This document shows positions 48,801 to 60,800 of a stretch of DNA of 64,000 nt, one piece after another. A model generated the notes under the pieces. The model was given only the letters and a program-made list of their open reading frames with translations, searched no databases and was not told where the DNA came from. The translations under genes were made by a program, and so were the position numbers. How positions within the stretch are numbered: the first letter of the stretch is position 1; the number at the start of each line of letters is the position of its first letter. The DNA comes from Ascidiella aspersa (Eukaryota): the NCBI GenBank assembly GCA_963924565.1, contig OZ004610.1, forward strand, positions 8,618,001-8,682,000. The letters are read 5' to 3'.

Positions 48801-51800
48801 TTTATTTGTAAATGAATTAACTTGGGCTTAAGAAAATTAAAATAATTGTTTCGAAAGTTAACATTTGTGTAAACTACATTTCGAAAGTGAATAAGGAGAT
48901 CTTCGAAACGTTCAACTTGCTACTTCTATGGGCTTTGATACTAATTCTACATCTAACTACGACTTCTCACCATTAAAAAAAAAACTCGGCCTATATTGCA
49001 AAAATATTTGACTTGAAAGCAAAAACAATTAACAACTTGTTTGTGGTGCTACTAGAGCACATAATCTTTCACTTACCTGTAGTTAAGGTCCCCGAGAAAG
49101 TAAAGATGATCAAATCTGTTGCTGAGATCAAAGTCACGGAACCTATCTTCACCGAGGTTCAGTTGTCGCATGATGTCCACGTAGTTGTTGTTGCGCCTAT
49201 GTTGGAAAGTGGACGTGAATCGTTGTGCGTTAAATACAAAAACACTGACTAGACTTTTTAAGGAAAACAGTTTTTATGGTCGTTTAAGATCGTGCTTGGG
49301 ATTATTTTAAATTGGGCAGATCCACAAAAACTACTTTAGGTATTACAAAATACTGAGCGTTTTTTTTTAAATTAACTAGTTTGCTTGAAATGCACATTTA
49401 AGATGGCCATCCTGGTGGTGTAAGGCTAATTACTAATTAGCTTTTTTGGTATGAATAATGAAACAAGTGTAACATCACAATTTAGTATTATCATAGCATT
49501 ACACCATAAAAATCGCTAAAACATTTGACATTTCATACTTTATTTATTATACACCGAAATTGCTAGTAAAGTGTTAGGATTTTAACATTCATTTTGGTCT
49601 CTAGTGTTATACTGAATGGGGATGTATTGGATCGAAGCCCATACCTGATGACAGGTGGTGGTCTCGGTGAATTTCAGTCATAATTTGCGATCAAACGCAG
49701 CGATTCAACTTAAAAAAATTTCCAAAAAATAGTGATAACTATACTGGGAGTAACTAAACTTTTCAAAACTGAAGCAAATTTTGGCCTACAAACCGATAAA
49801 AGCGCCCGCTTTAATATACCCTGATATGCCAGTGTGAGCATAGCTATGACGTGTTTTTTAAGATAACTGTTTCCTTGGCAACAAATCATTGCCCCCAGTT
49901 TAATGACGTCATATAACAATAGCAACGTTCGAAATAAGGAAAAGTCATTTTTCAAATTTTCTCACCTTACGCATTTCTCCGCTCCCGACGTGAGATGGGC
50001 GTTAATGAAGCAGAACGAAGTGCCACCGAACTGGAACGATACGCCAACGGCTCCTTTGTTTCCCAACGCATTAGCGATACCTGTTCAAAGCAGTGTTACG
50101 TCAGGTGTGCAACGAGGTTGAAATTCTAAAAGCCTTCTGCAAAATGGTAAAACCGCATTTATGCAAATGGTAATACTCAGATCCGGTGTCACAGACTAAA
50201 CTAAGTCTAACTTCAGTTTATCGAGACGCGGAATCTAAACATTTCACTTTAATTGGGTTTATTTTAAAATTCTTGGCAACAATGTTACAAGAACAGACCT
50301 GTCTTGACGCTGGACGTCTTGACGTGGCTTATCCTGTTCTTGTGTTCTTCTTTAACAAATATGAGAATCTTTATGTGCCACAAGGCGTCCATGGCAACCT
50401 GGGGTAAAATAATGTCAGCAAATAAGAATGTACCTTTAACATTGTCGTTTTTAGTCTGGGTTTTCGAATCAAAATCAGGTCCAAGTAAATTATTTAAAAA
50501 AATGTATTGTTTCGCCATGCTCCTTTTCCGTCGTACCATTATCTGGTGTTTTTTTATAAATGTAGAGACTATGAACAGTCCAGCAGTTGAACAGATCCAA
50601 TTTTGAATTAGATTTTTTCGTATATTGGCCAGTTCAAAAAAGCAGTCCAAACGTAATCAAACGCTGAGAAACGATCTTGAACTTACAGTTTTATTTCTTT
50701 CACAAACTGACATCACGATCATATGTCGTGGCTTACAAAGCAGATTCGATATCGTAATTCGTAACCACAACATTTTATGTTTATCACGAGCCTGAACATA
50801 CCTGACCCTAAAGTTATCAGTATAAGGCCACAAATTGACGAAGCGCAATCGCATAGTGCCGCTGTATTGCCTCATATGGTGTAATAGAATTTGTTGAAAG
50901 GGCTAAATTTTTCAACTTAACGAAGCTTAATTTCATCATACACGTACATCACTTAAGGTGAATAAAACCAAAACACGGTCCCCAGTTTTACAAACCAACC
51001 AAAACAATATGAAATAGTGAATTGAATAAACACGATTAAAGCCACGAACCATGTGGAAGTTCTTGCCGGTTATTTCTGCCACTGTGTCAATGCATTTGTG
51101 CATCCAGTCCTTTTCAGGCGGCCCAGTTTCCTGTGTTCCCACCACGTAGATGTCGTGCGGGATCGCGCTGACCATGTCGTCCAAGCAGCGTCCGCTTCCC
51201 TGGCACATAAACCAAGAGCTGATGTCGCTAGGGGGGATTGCGTCGCCTGAAAAAATTCGAAAAATTTGTTGATTTAGACTTATGTTAGGGCTGGCAATGG
51301 ATTATGCTTGGTATACTTTACATTGGTTGTTCCATAGTATGGGTAGCGACACAAACATGGATCACAAAGGGTCAGAAAAATCAATCGCGCAATACGATTT
51401 AAATCTGCTGAAATTTGGACTGTTGTAAATTTATCTATGAAGATTTAAAATAGAGATAGACCGATATATCGGTTCACCGATAAAATCGGCTGATATTTGG
51501 CTTTTTTACCGATATATCGTTATGTATGCCGATACTTTGTCCGATATTTTAGTACAAAAGTATGATTGAATTTTTCGTGTACAAAAAACAACTTCTCCAT
51601 TTTTTGATCAAAAATTTGGTTTTTAGCATCAAAAAATCGGTATCGGTATCAGGTATCGGTTGACAAAATTGTAAATAATCGGGTATCGGTATCGGTCCAA
51701 AAAAGTGATTTCGGTCGATCTCTAATTTAAAACTTAAGGAATCGCCGATTTAAACGGATTATTCTTTATGAATGTCAGACACTTATTGTCGTTGCTTTTT

Positions 51801-54800
51801 AGAAACCATGTATTATAGGCAAATAGTACGGCCGTACTTAAAAAAAGTTGACAAAGATATTATAGAGATTATAGGCACGTACGGTAGTTCATTTTTATGT
51901 TTTTTTAACTGGGTCGAAAAGGGAACTTTTTGTAATGGTAAAATGAATCCTGTACACTACAGTAAATAACAAGGTATTAACTGGTAAAACAATGGGCTTA
52001 CATAAGCTTGAGTAGAAATGTACCTAACGTCAAACGCACAAAACGAAAGCTCACGAATCAAAACAAAGTTTTATCAGACTGTTATTTGAAGGCCAAAACC
52101 ATCAAACATTCCCCAAAGAAAAAGTTGCGTGAAAAACAATAAAATAACTCAACACTCACCCATGTTCCAAGTTCCGACGAAGAGTGATACGCAGTCCGGT
52201 TCGGCCGAGGAACTGTGTCGGTTCCTTATGTACTGGAGCAGCTGGCAGAATGCCTCGCGGTGAGCGCTCTGATCAAACGCATACTCGCGTTTCTTATTTC
52301 CCTCGAACACGATCGCCAGCTTCGTCTTCGACTTGTTGTTTTTGATGATCTGAAGTACTGCGAAGAGATTTGATTGATTGATAGAATTTTAGGAGCAAGG
52401 TTACATTTTATATCTACTTCTTTGGGCCTGAACGTAACATGTCAGCTTCGTCTTTTCTAGAGCAGGGGTTCCCAAACTGGGGGCCATGGCCGCAAAAAAC
52501 GTGAGTATCGGTATCAAAATAGCATGTTATTGGACAACCCTAACAAGTGTACAAGAAAAGTAGCAATATATTACTACAAAGTGGGCATTAGAAAGTTATT
52601 GATTACCCTGTGTGTGATCGTATTCATTAGAGGTGCCGTCTCCCTTCATAACATGCAGCCGTCCTTTCGTCACGTCCAACTTTAGTCGTTGCTTCATCGG
52701 CATCTTCAGAGCGCCTTCCTGCTTCACCTGCGAACAACCGTGAAACTTTTTTATTCTCAGTCACATTAACTGATGTTAATACAATTGCGTAATCGAAAAG
52801 TCTTAATTAAGATAATGTCGATCTACTCGACCTTTTTGGCTTTGCAATTCATTATAGAACTATCTAGTTGCCCAAGTCTACCCCTAGGGCTAACAACGCT
52901 TGCGTTTATCGCATAACTTTTATGGGGCTGCAAAAAAGCGATAGTTTTATTTTAAAGTTTATTAGCACTCAATATTTTTTAAACACACACATATTTTTTT
53001 ATATATTTTTTTATGTATTATCCAAACAATATCTGACATTACTAAGTTAATTTTCGGAATCAAATTATAAGTTCTACAGAAATAGTACACCGAAAGCCAT
53101 CGCAGATTCACTGAGTCTGTTGATCTATGATGCAAGCAGGGCAGATTAGAAAAACAACTAGCCTGCAGTGAGGTTCGAACTCACGACCTCCGGTCAAGCC
53201 GGGACCGTCGCTCTACCAACTGAGTTATGCAGGCTCAGAAGGGAACGAGTCGAGAAACAACCATACGCCAATGCTTGCGTATGCAGAAATCTACAGAAAT
53301 AGTTAGCAATTTTTCAGCATTTTTTTACAAAAAAAAACTATTTCTGTCGGAACGACCTTGCGGTAAATAATTTTTGCAGGTATATACACAGGAAAAATAT
53401 GTTCTTGTTTACCAAGCAATCACTCAATCCCCTAAAAAGGTTTCCTAAGGTTGCTTGTTTTAGACATCCAGTTATGGCGTGACTTTGTGACGTCATCTCT
53501 ATTAATTTTCACGACTTTCCGAAAGAAAATTTTTCATCGTTCCGGCAAAAAAATATTCTACTTTCACCCCTGTGTTAAGTCATTTCAGCACTGATATGTT
53601 TTGGAAAGCCTTACCTCAAAAATCCTCTCAGTGAGCGGGGGAACCACCCTGGACTGCTTGCGGGGCAGGTTCACCTTGGGCGTCCCGGTTCCACTCAGGT
53701 CTGCCAGTCTGCCGCAAGCTCTTCGGTTTAGGGACTTCACCACGGCCTGGCAATCGCCCAAACGACCCAGAAAAGTGTCGAGGTCCACGTCTTCTCCATT
53801 CTAAGCAAGCCGAAATAACCAACCAAGAAAAACTGCCAGTGTCGTAGTTTAGTCGAGTAACTCGTGTTGATTATAGCGTAACTATTTGCCATGAAGTAAG
53901 TCGTAATTAAGAGTAACGCGTTTTGCCAAATAACAAGTATTTCAAAATGTCAGGTAACTATTTGCCAAATAACGAGTATTTTTAAATGTCAGGTAACTAT
54001 TTACCAAATAACGAGTATTTTAGAATGCCGGGTAACTATTTACCAAATAACGAGTATTTTAAAATGTCAGGTAACTATTTACCAAATAACGAGTATTTTA
54101 GAATGTCAGGTAACTATTTGCCAAATAACGAGTATTTTAGAATGTCGGGTAACTATTTACCAAATAACGAGTATTCTAGAATGTCGGGTAACTATTTGCC
54201 AAATAACGAGTATTTCAAAATGTCAGGTAACTATTTACCAAATAACGAGTATTTTAGAATGCCGGGTAACTATTTACCAAATAACGAGTATTTTAGAATG
54301 TCGGGTAACTATTTACCAAATAACGAGTATTTTAAAATGTCGGGTAACTATTTGCCAAATAACGAGTATTTCAAAATGTCAGGTAACTATTTACCAAATA
54401 ACGAGTATTTTAGAATGCCGGGTAACTATTTACCAAATAACGAGTATTTTAGAATGTCGGGTAACTCTTTGCCAAATAAAGAGTATTTTAGAATGTCAGG
54501 TAACTATTTACCAAATAACGAGTATTTTAGAATGCCGGGTAACTATTTACCAAATAACGAGTATTTTAGAATGTCGGGTAACTATTTGCCAAATAACGAG
54601 TATTTTAAAATGTCGGGTAACTATTTACCAAAGTACCTCGTATTAAAGAGTATCGCGTTTTGCAAAATGTCGGGTAACTATTTACCAAAGTACCTCGTAT
54701 TAAAGAGTATCGCGTTTTGCAAAATCCAGAGGAATACCAGAGTTTAATCCAGAGGAATACCAGAGTAGCGTAATTACTCGGCCAATCAAAGTACGACTCA

Positions 54801-57800
54801 CTACTTAGGCACAAAGCGTATTACTCACCCTGTTGTAATTGCTTGCTCTTGGCGATGATCCGAAGTCGAAAAGTTGCCGCAAAACGTCGATCTTCATGAG
54901 AAAGTGTTCCATTTCGCTGCAAGCAAAATCGTGGGCTTGTCAAAATCAATTAACCAAGGTTTTAAATAGTTGGTTTCCTACCTGACTTTAAAGGTACAAA
55001 AATTCAGTACCTCAAAAAATGTTAACCTATTTTTGTAAGAATTAAGTTAAGTACATCTTTTTCATAAAAAAGTCATTAATTAAAAAACCTATTAAAGCAA
55101 GTATTGTCCACATCAACAGCTGGAAGACATTCTAAAACAGCAGTTTAAGATTGACACCTAAAAGTAAATTTTGAACTGGCAGTAAAAATAAACCTAATAA
55201 CAAATTACAAAAACGGTACCTTTGAAAAGCGACGGCCTCCTTGGCCAGCAAGGTCTGCAATTCGGCGCACTGGCTTCCTCCCCTCTTAACTGAGGCCAGG
55301 TCGGCCAAAAGACCCCGGTCCGAGGCGTACTGGTGCACGCTGTCGAAGTAGCCCATGCTCATCTCAGGGCTGCAGAAACATGGTTTTATTGTTGGTTATT
55401 AGAGATGTCTTATGCTTCGTTATTTTCTATAATGTCGATTTTTTTTTAGAAATCCTGCGTAAAATGACCAGTGTTGGATCCGATACCAAATCAAGGCATT
55501 ACTGTGACGATAAAGGAAAAAAAGTGAAAGTTTTTTTTAGTGTTGCTGAAACAAATTCTCCGTCCTGAACGCACACTTTTTATTGCATAAACTAATAATA
55601 TCATATAAAGGGTTAATGATGAAAGTGTGCCGTCGTTAGTATAAACGTAAAAGGGAAAAAAAGAAATATATTTACGTGTATTACGCAATGCGCATGTATA
55701 GTATCAAAGATACTGCAATAATTATCATTTTTTATACTATGCATTCTAGTTTAGCCATTATAAAAATAAAGTCAGTTAGTCATTTAGGTATTTCCTTGTT
55801 ATCTTTCGTGAGCTTTGTAACTGTTTAAAAATTAAGAGCCGTCAGTAGACTGTCTACTCAATAAGATTTCCTTTTCGGCATTGAGCAAAGATTTTTGATT
55901 TCGTTGCTTTGTTGTGCCGTTTAAATTTGCAACAATTGACTTCCGGTATATTCATCTATCAATCGGCAAACCTTATTGTCAATATAGGGTTTTGTAAGAA
56001 GGCGAACTGGTCTCAATAAAGAACCTTCGGAACAATGACTGGTTCAACTTTAGCTCCATCCTGCTGTCCTATGGTTAAGTCAGGACAGCAAATAAAATGA
56101 ACGGTGATACCCTATTATTGGTTAGCTGTGCCTTGCAAACTTCTGACGCGATTAAAAAATGCATCAAGTAAAATTATATTTTATTTACAACTCTACCTTC
56201 AGTTGGCTGATGCCTTGCAAACCTTAGATAAGACAAACATACGCGAAATGTGGTTTGTTTTTATGTTATGTTTTGTATGTATGAGTATAGTGTTTGTAAA
56301 GCATGATAACTATTAAACTTTCCTTAAACTTACAAAGTGCGTAACTACGACAGTGAGAAACAATGGCGCCGCAAAATGTTAAATTTTCCAAAAATGGTTA
56401 GTCACCAAACAACACAAGACAAGTCACGCGTGAGATTTTCACGCTCCGCATAGTTTTTAGAGAATTTCCTTGTAATGCCAAGGCAACGTGGTCTATACGC
56501 GAAACCCCAATGCGGCATAAAAAGCAAGTGGCCTTGGCTTGCCAAGTTTCCCCACAACACAACATAATATTTGTCTCTACTTTAACACAATACGGCAGAA
56601 GACACAACTTTTTTGAAAAAATTTGATGAAATTTAACTGCCTAAAGCGTTGACGCCGGTCGCGGGTATTCTAGAAATGTCTAAGGCACCAATCGAAAAAT
56701 TAGTGAAGTCACATGGTAAACAATATTGGTGAGGTTAAAGTATATTTTTTTTATTTTAAACGATTTATTTTCCCTTTTTTCATTGGCTATTTGCAACGCG
56801 CAACCGCTTCGAGAAAAATCAGGCAACATGATTTTAACACTTTCAATTAGTGGTTCCCAACTGGTGCTGTTTCTAACGCTCACGGGTAGCGAGAGATATT
56901 AAAAATCCAAAATGTTTGCTCCATTAGTGAGCTTCTTAATATATTTTTACGTACGATTGAAGTGCAACAAATCAATAATATAATTTCTGCCTTGTGTACA
57001 GTTGATAAGTACAGTTTCACTTAATTGTGACATGACAGTTAACATCTAGGCGAAAATGCTAGCAAGGATGCCGCGAAGCAATTTATATTTTATTGGGGTG
57101 CCGTAAGCCCGAAATAGTTCGAACCCACTGCTTTAAATACTAAAAAATACTAAAATTGAGCATTTTGCTTTACATTGGGGGTCGTTGGTTTTAACTAGAA
57201 CTAAACTACTCTGATACCTTGGGATCGCCAAATTTAAAATCTGTTGTTTTTTTTACTTTACCAAATAGGTTGTTGTTGTCACATGACTGTGGTTGCCAGG
57301 GCTATAACAGTGGCATACTACTATACAAATAACGATGAAATTACTTCACGACAGCGGGTAAATCCTATTAGCTAGCTGTCACATTACTCATACTTTGTTT
57401 CCGTGTTCGATGTGCTGAGCTTTGCATTAAGACTCAAACGTATGGCGAGCAGGGATCGAAAACATGACGATTTTTAGGCGCGGATTTCGAGCACTGTATG
57501 AGGACATTTTTAGCAGATTCTTGCAGTTTGTGTTCGACAAATGTCAAAGCCTATTGTAGAATTAGGTATTATTTTAATCGTTTCAAATATCTCTTGAAAT
57601 AACAATGACTGACGACCACAACACAAAATGCGCTTCACATGCGATGTTAAATCCATGCATTCCTAATAGGTCAAAATTTTGTTTAAAAAAATATTTTAGG
57701 TAAAATTTTGTCAAATTTCTAATTTTTTAGGTCACAAATTTTGCCGGTTGTTAAAAATGAATAACAATATATTTGAAAAGTTTTAAATGTTACCGACTTC

Positions 57801-60800
57801 TATATGGGTTTTGAAATATTTCTACTACGTCTAACTAAAACCTCCAACCATGTTACTCCAAACGACAACAACCGCAAAAAGTTGACAAATTCCATAAATA
57901 AGGCGTTTACATAAACTTCCATGTTAATTACAGTGTAAGTTTGGTGGAGATGAGAGGTATATATCTTGTGCAAATGTTATCGAGCTATAACTGAAAGTGG
58001 TTTTATTGCTTTGCACGAAACAGGAGTTGTAAACTTTAAAGCTGGTTTTATAATCTGGTGCTAGGGCCAGATCCGTCCCGCAGAGTTAATTCTACCGGCT
58101 TATGGCATATTTTCTTAATGGAAATAAATACACTTGAAACGTTTTCGGATGCAATTCTAAACCTAATTTTTCTTTTTTAATTATTAAAGCTTATTGTTCG
58201 TTTGTTTGCATAAAGATATTTATATTTTTTTCGTTTAACGATAATCATGTTGATAAAGTTTATATCTTCAATACCTCTCTCTCTATATATATATATTGTA
58301 TATCCGGCCGGCCTTTCAGTGATTAAGGCCTTTAAGAGAAAAGTTTGGTGACACCTAATCTATTCTAAACAACGTATGTGATTTAGACTCAAAAGCCTAA
58401 AAGACTTTTTCACCTAAAAAACTTATGGCATCCCAAAAAATGAATTATTAAATATATTTTAGATTTTCTGAAAAAAAAATGGACAATTTCGAAGATAAAG
58501 GGTAAAAAACAGCCGAAAACAGATTAAACATTTTTTTTGAACATTTTAGGTTTGGTTTCTAGTTTTTTAATGTAACTTTTTGTGACTTGTATGTGGTAAG
58601 CCTTGTAGTTCGAAATTAGTACGTTTCCAATTAACCTGTGTACAAAAAGTGCGGTTTAGGGATTAAGAAAATCTGACTGAGCTTCTTTAATGTTTCAATT
58701 TGCCTAAAAAGTTGACGAATAGACTTTACACATTTTGAGCCCTGCAGTCCAGCTGTGCAAACATTCTAGTAAAAACGGCTATCTTTAAAGTGATAGTCCT
58801 TGGTCGATAGTAATTTAACTAGAGACTTGCGCCAGTTTCACTTTTAAGCTTACTTTGCAATCCAACGATTTGTAGAAAAGTTTGTTTTCCCGCATAGAGT
58901 TAGCATAAACTGTCAGCAATTTACGGTCATTGCTGATTCGCAAAAGTAGGTATAATTTAAGATGCGCTGCCAAATAATAATTTTTTTTTTCAGGGTAAAT
59001 ATTGCGAATTTTAACCATAATCATTTAGCAATATCCGTTAAAAATGAAGAAGTCTCGATGCTCTTTTGAAGATCTAAGTCGAGGGCTTGGGCCTTATCTG
59101 CTATCAGCGACGTACATTTTGATCGCGTAATACTTATTACCACATCTGTTGAGCTAAGTGATTTTATACTAGTTTTTATATGTACAACATTGAACCAGTG
59201 CTCACTTTGCCTTGTTAAAAATGAACAAAGAATCCTTCTAAGCGTTCACAAAATGCTACCTATACTTCTGTATGGGCTTTGATATTGTCATTCTACGTCT
59301 AACTTCAAACTATAGCCATTATCTTAAGATTCATTCAAAACGTTCACCAAATGCTATTTTAGACGGCTTGATGAAGTTAGACGATTTTTGTTACTTATTT
59401 TTAAACCATTGTAATTTTTCGAGCTCTAAAAAAGCAAACCGTTTGGTTTCAAAGTAGACTGCTGGTTAATTGGTAAAAACCGCAAAAAGCGTGGCGAAAA
59501 AAGGCTAGCGCTTTCAAAACAGTAATCGGGCTCAGAAAATGAAAAAAGAGCAGAAAAATGTGCTTGAAAATATTGCCTGACGTTTATAAAAGACCACGGA
59601 CACGGACAAGGTCTAAAAAAACAAAAGGGGGTTGGTAAAAGAGGGAACCTGGATTTTTAAAGGCTCCATGTAAGGTTGTCCAGGTTGGTGAGAAAGGACA
59701 AAGGTGTAATTTAAAATAGTGACGCGTAATTAAAAAATCATTTACGAACGCCATTCAAACCTGCCTATACAAAAAGGGAAAAAACACGAAAAAACATTCA
59801 TTTTTTTTCAGCTTGGGCACATCATCAATTTGACGCATCCTAACAACAAGAACATTAACCAAAAACTTACCAATGAGCCTTAATCTCGGCCAGTCGGCTC
59901 ACAAACTTGCTTTGTATCTCGGCCTCCTTCGACTTGGGCGATTCGGGTGGGAGGCTCGGTTTCGGGCCCGCTCGAATCATGGGGTTTTCCCGACTAAAAG
60001 TAAACACAAGCGCTATAGAAATGTAAAAGGTTTATTTGCGCGTGGCTTCCAAACAGGCGAGCTACGAGCGGTTTTCTGTTTGACCAGAAACCGGTTTTAG
60101 CGATGAGATAGACACGAAACTGAACTGTGTGAGATGAGAGCGCACTTTTGAAAGGCAAACAATGGCGCAATTATACAATTGCCTTTTGCTTTCGCCTGAA
60201 CGTTTTGCAGCAAGAATTTGTTTTTAAAAAACTACAATTTTTCTTAAGTCGAACAAAAAGCAATGTTTCAACAACACAGTTGACTTAAGTTTCGTCTTAC
60301 ATGTAATCTTACATGATTCATTCGAATTAAGATACTGATGATGCTTTATAGCGAAATATATTTATCTTTTTATAACATACAAACAAACTGATTTTCGGTT
60401 TGCTAAGTTCTATACTTAGTTTAATCTTTACATGTAATCTAGTTAATGTTTCATGTTACCATTTTCGCATATCTCTTAAATTCGGGGTGGGGGTCATAAA
60501 ATTTGTGAATGACTCTTAGGGGAAGAAATAAGAAGTTAAAATTAGATTTACAATTGTTCGTAACGCCAAACAAAGTTTTCTTGCTACTGATATAAGCTTT
60601 AACTTTACAAACTGAAACTGTAGAACGCTCGATTAAGCTTGACCAAAACAACGAGGTGGTTTAAATTAAAAATCTAGAGGTATACCACAGGCCACAGGAG
60701 ATTTCATAAATTTAAAAATAATGTTTATCTGAGAATGGTACAATACATTGGCTGTTATCTTGTAATTATACATTTGGCGACGTCAATTTTCCGTAACCTC

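Noticed and set aside
53160-53234. Functional tRNA gene (nominal anticodon GGC)
   Set aside because: The anticodon arm is oversized and lacks U33, the element has flanking direct repeats, and a degenerate sister copy exists; treated as a repeat.
53986-54747. 253-aa repeat protein ORF (MSGNYLPNNEYFR)n, or a CRISPR-like array
   Set aside because: The 39-bp unit is a multiple of three and happens to lack stops in one frame. The preceding unit ends in TAA, the ORF is antisense within an intron, and there are no unique spacers.
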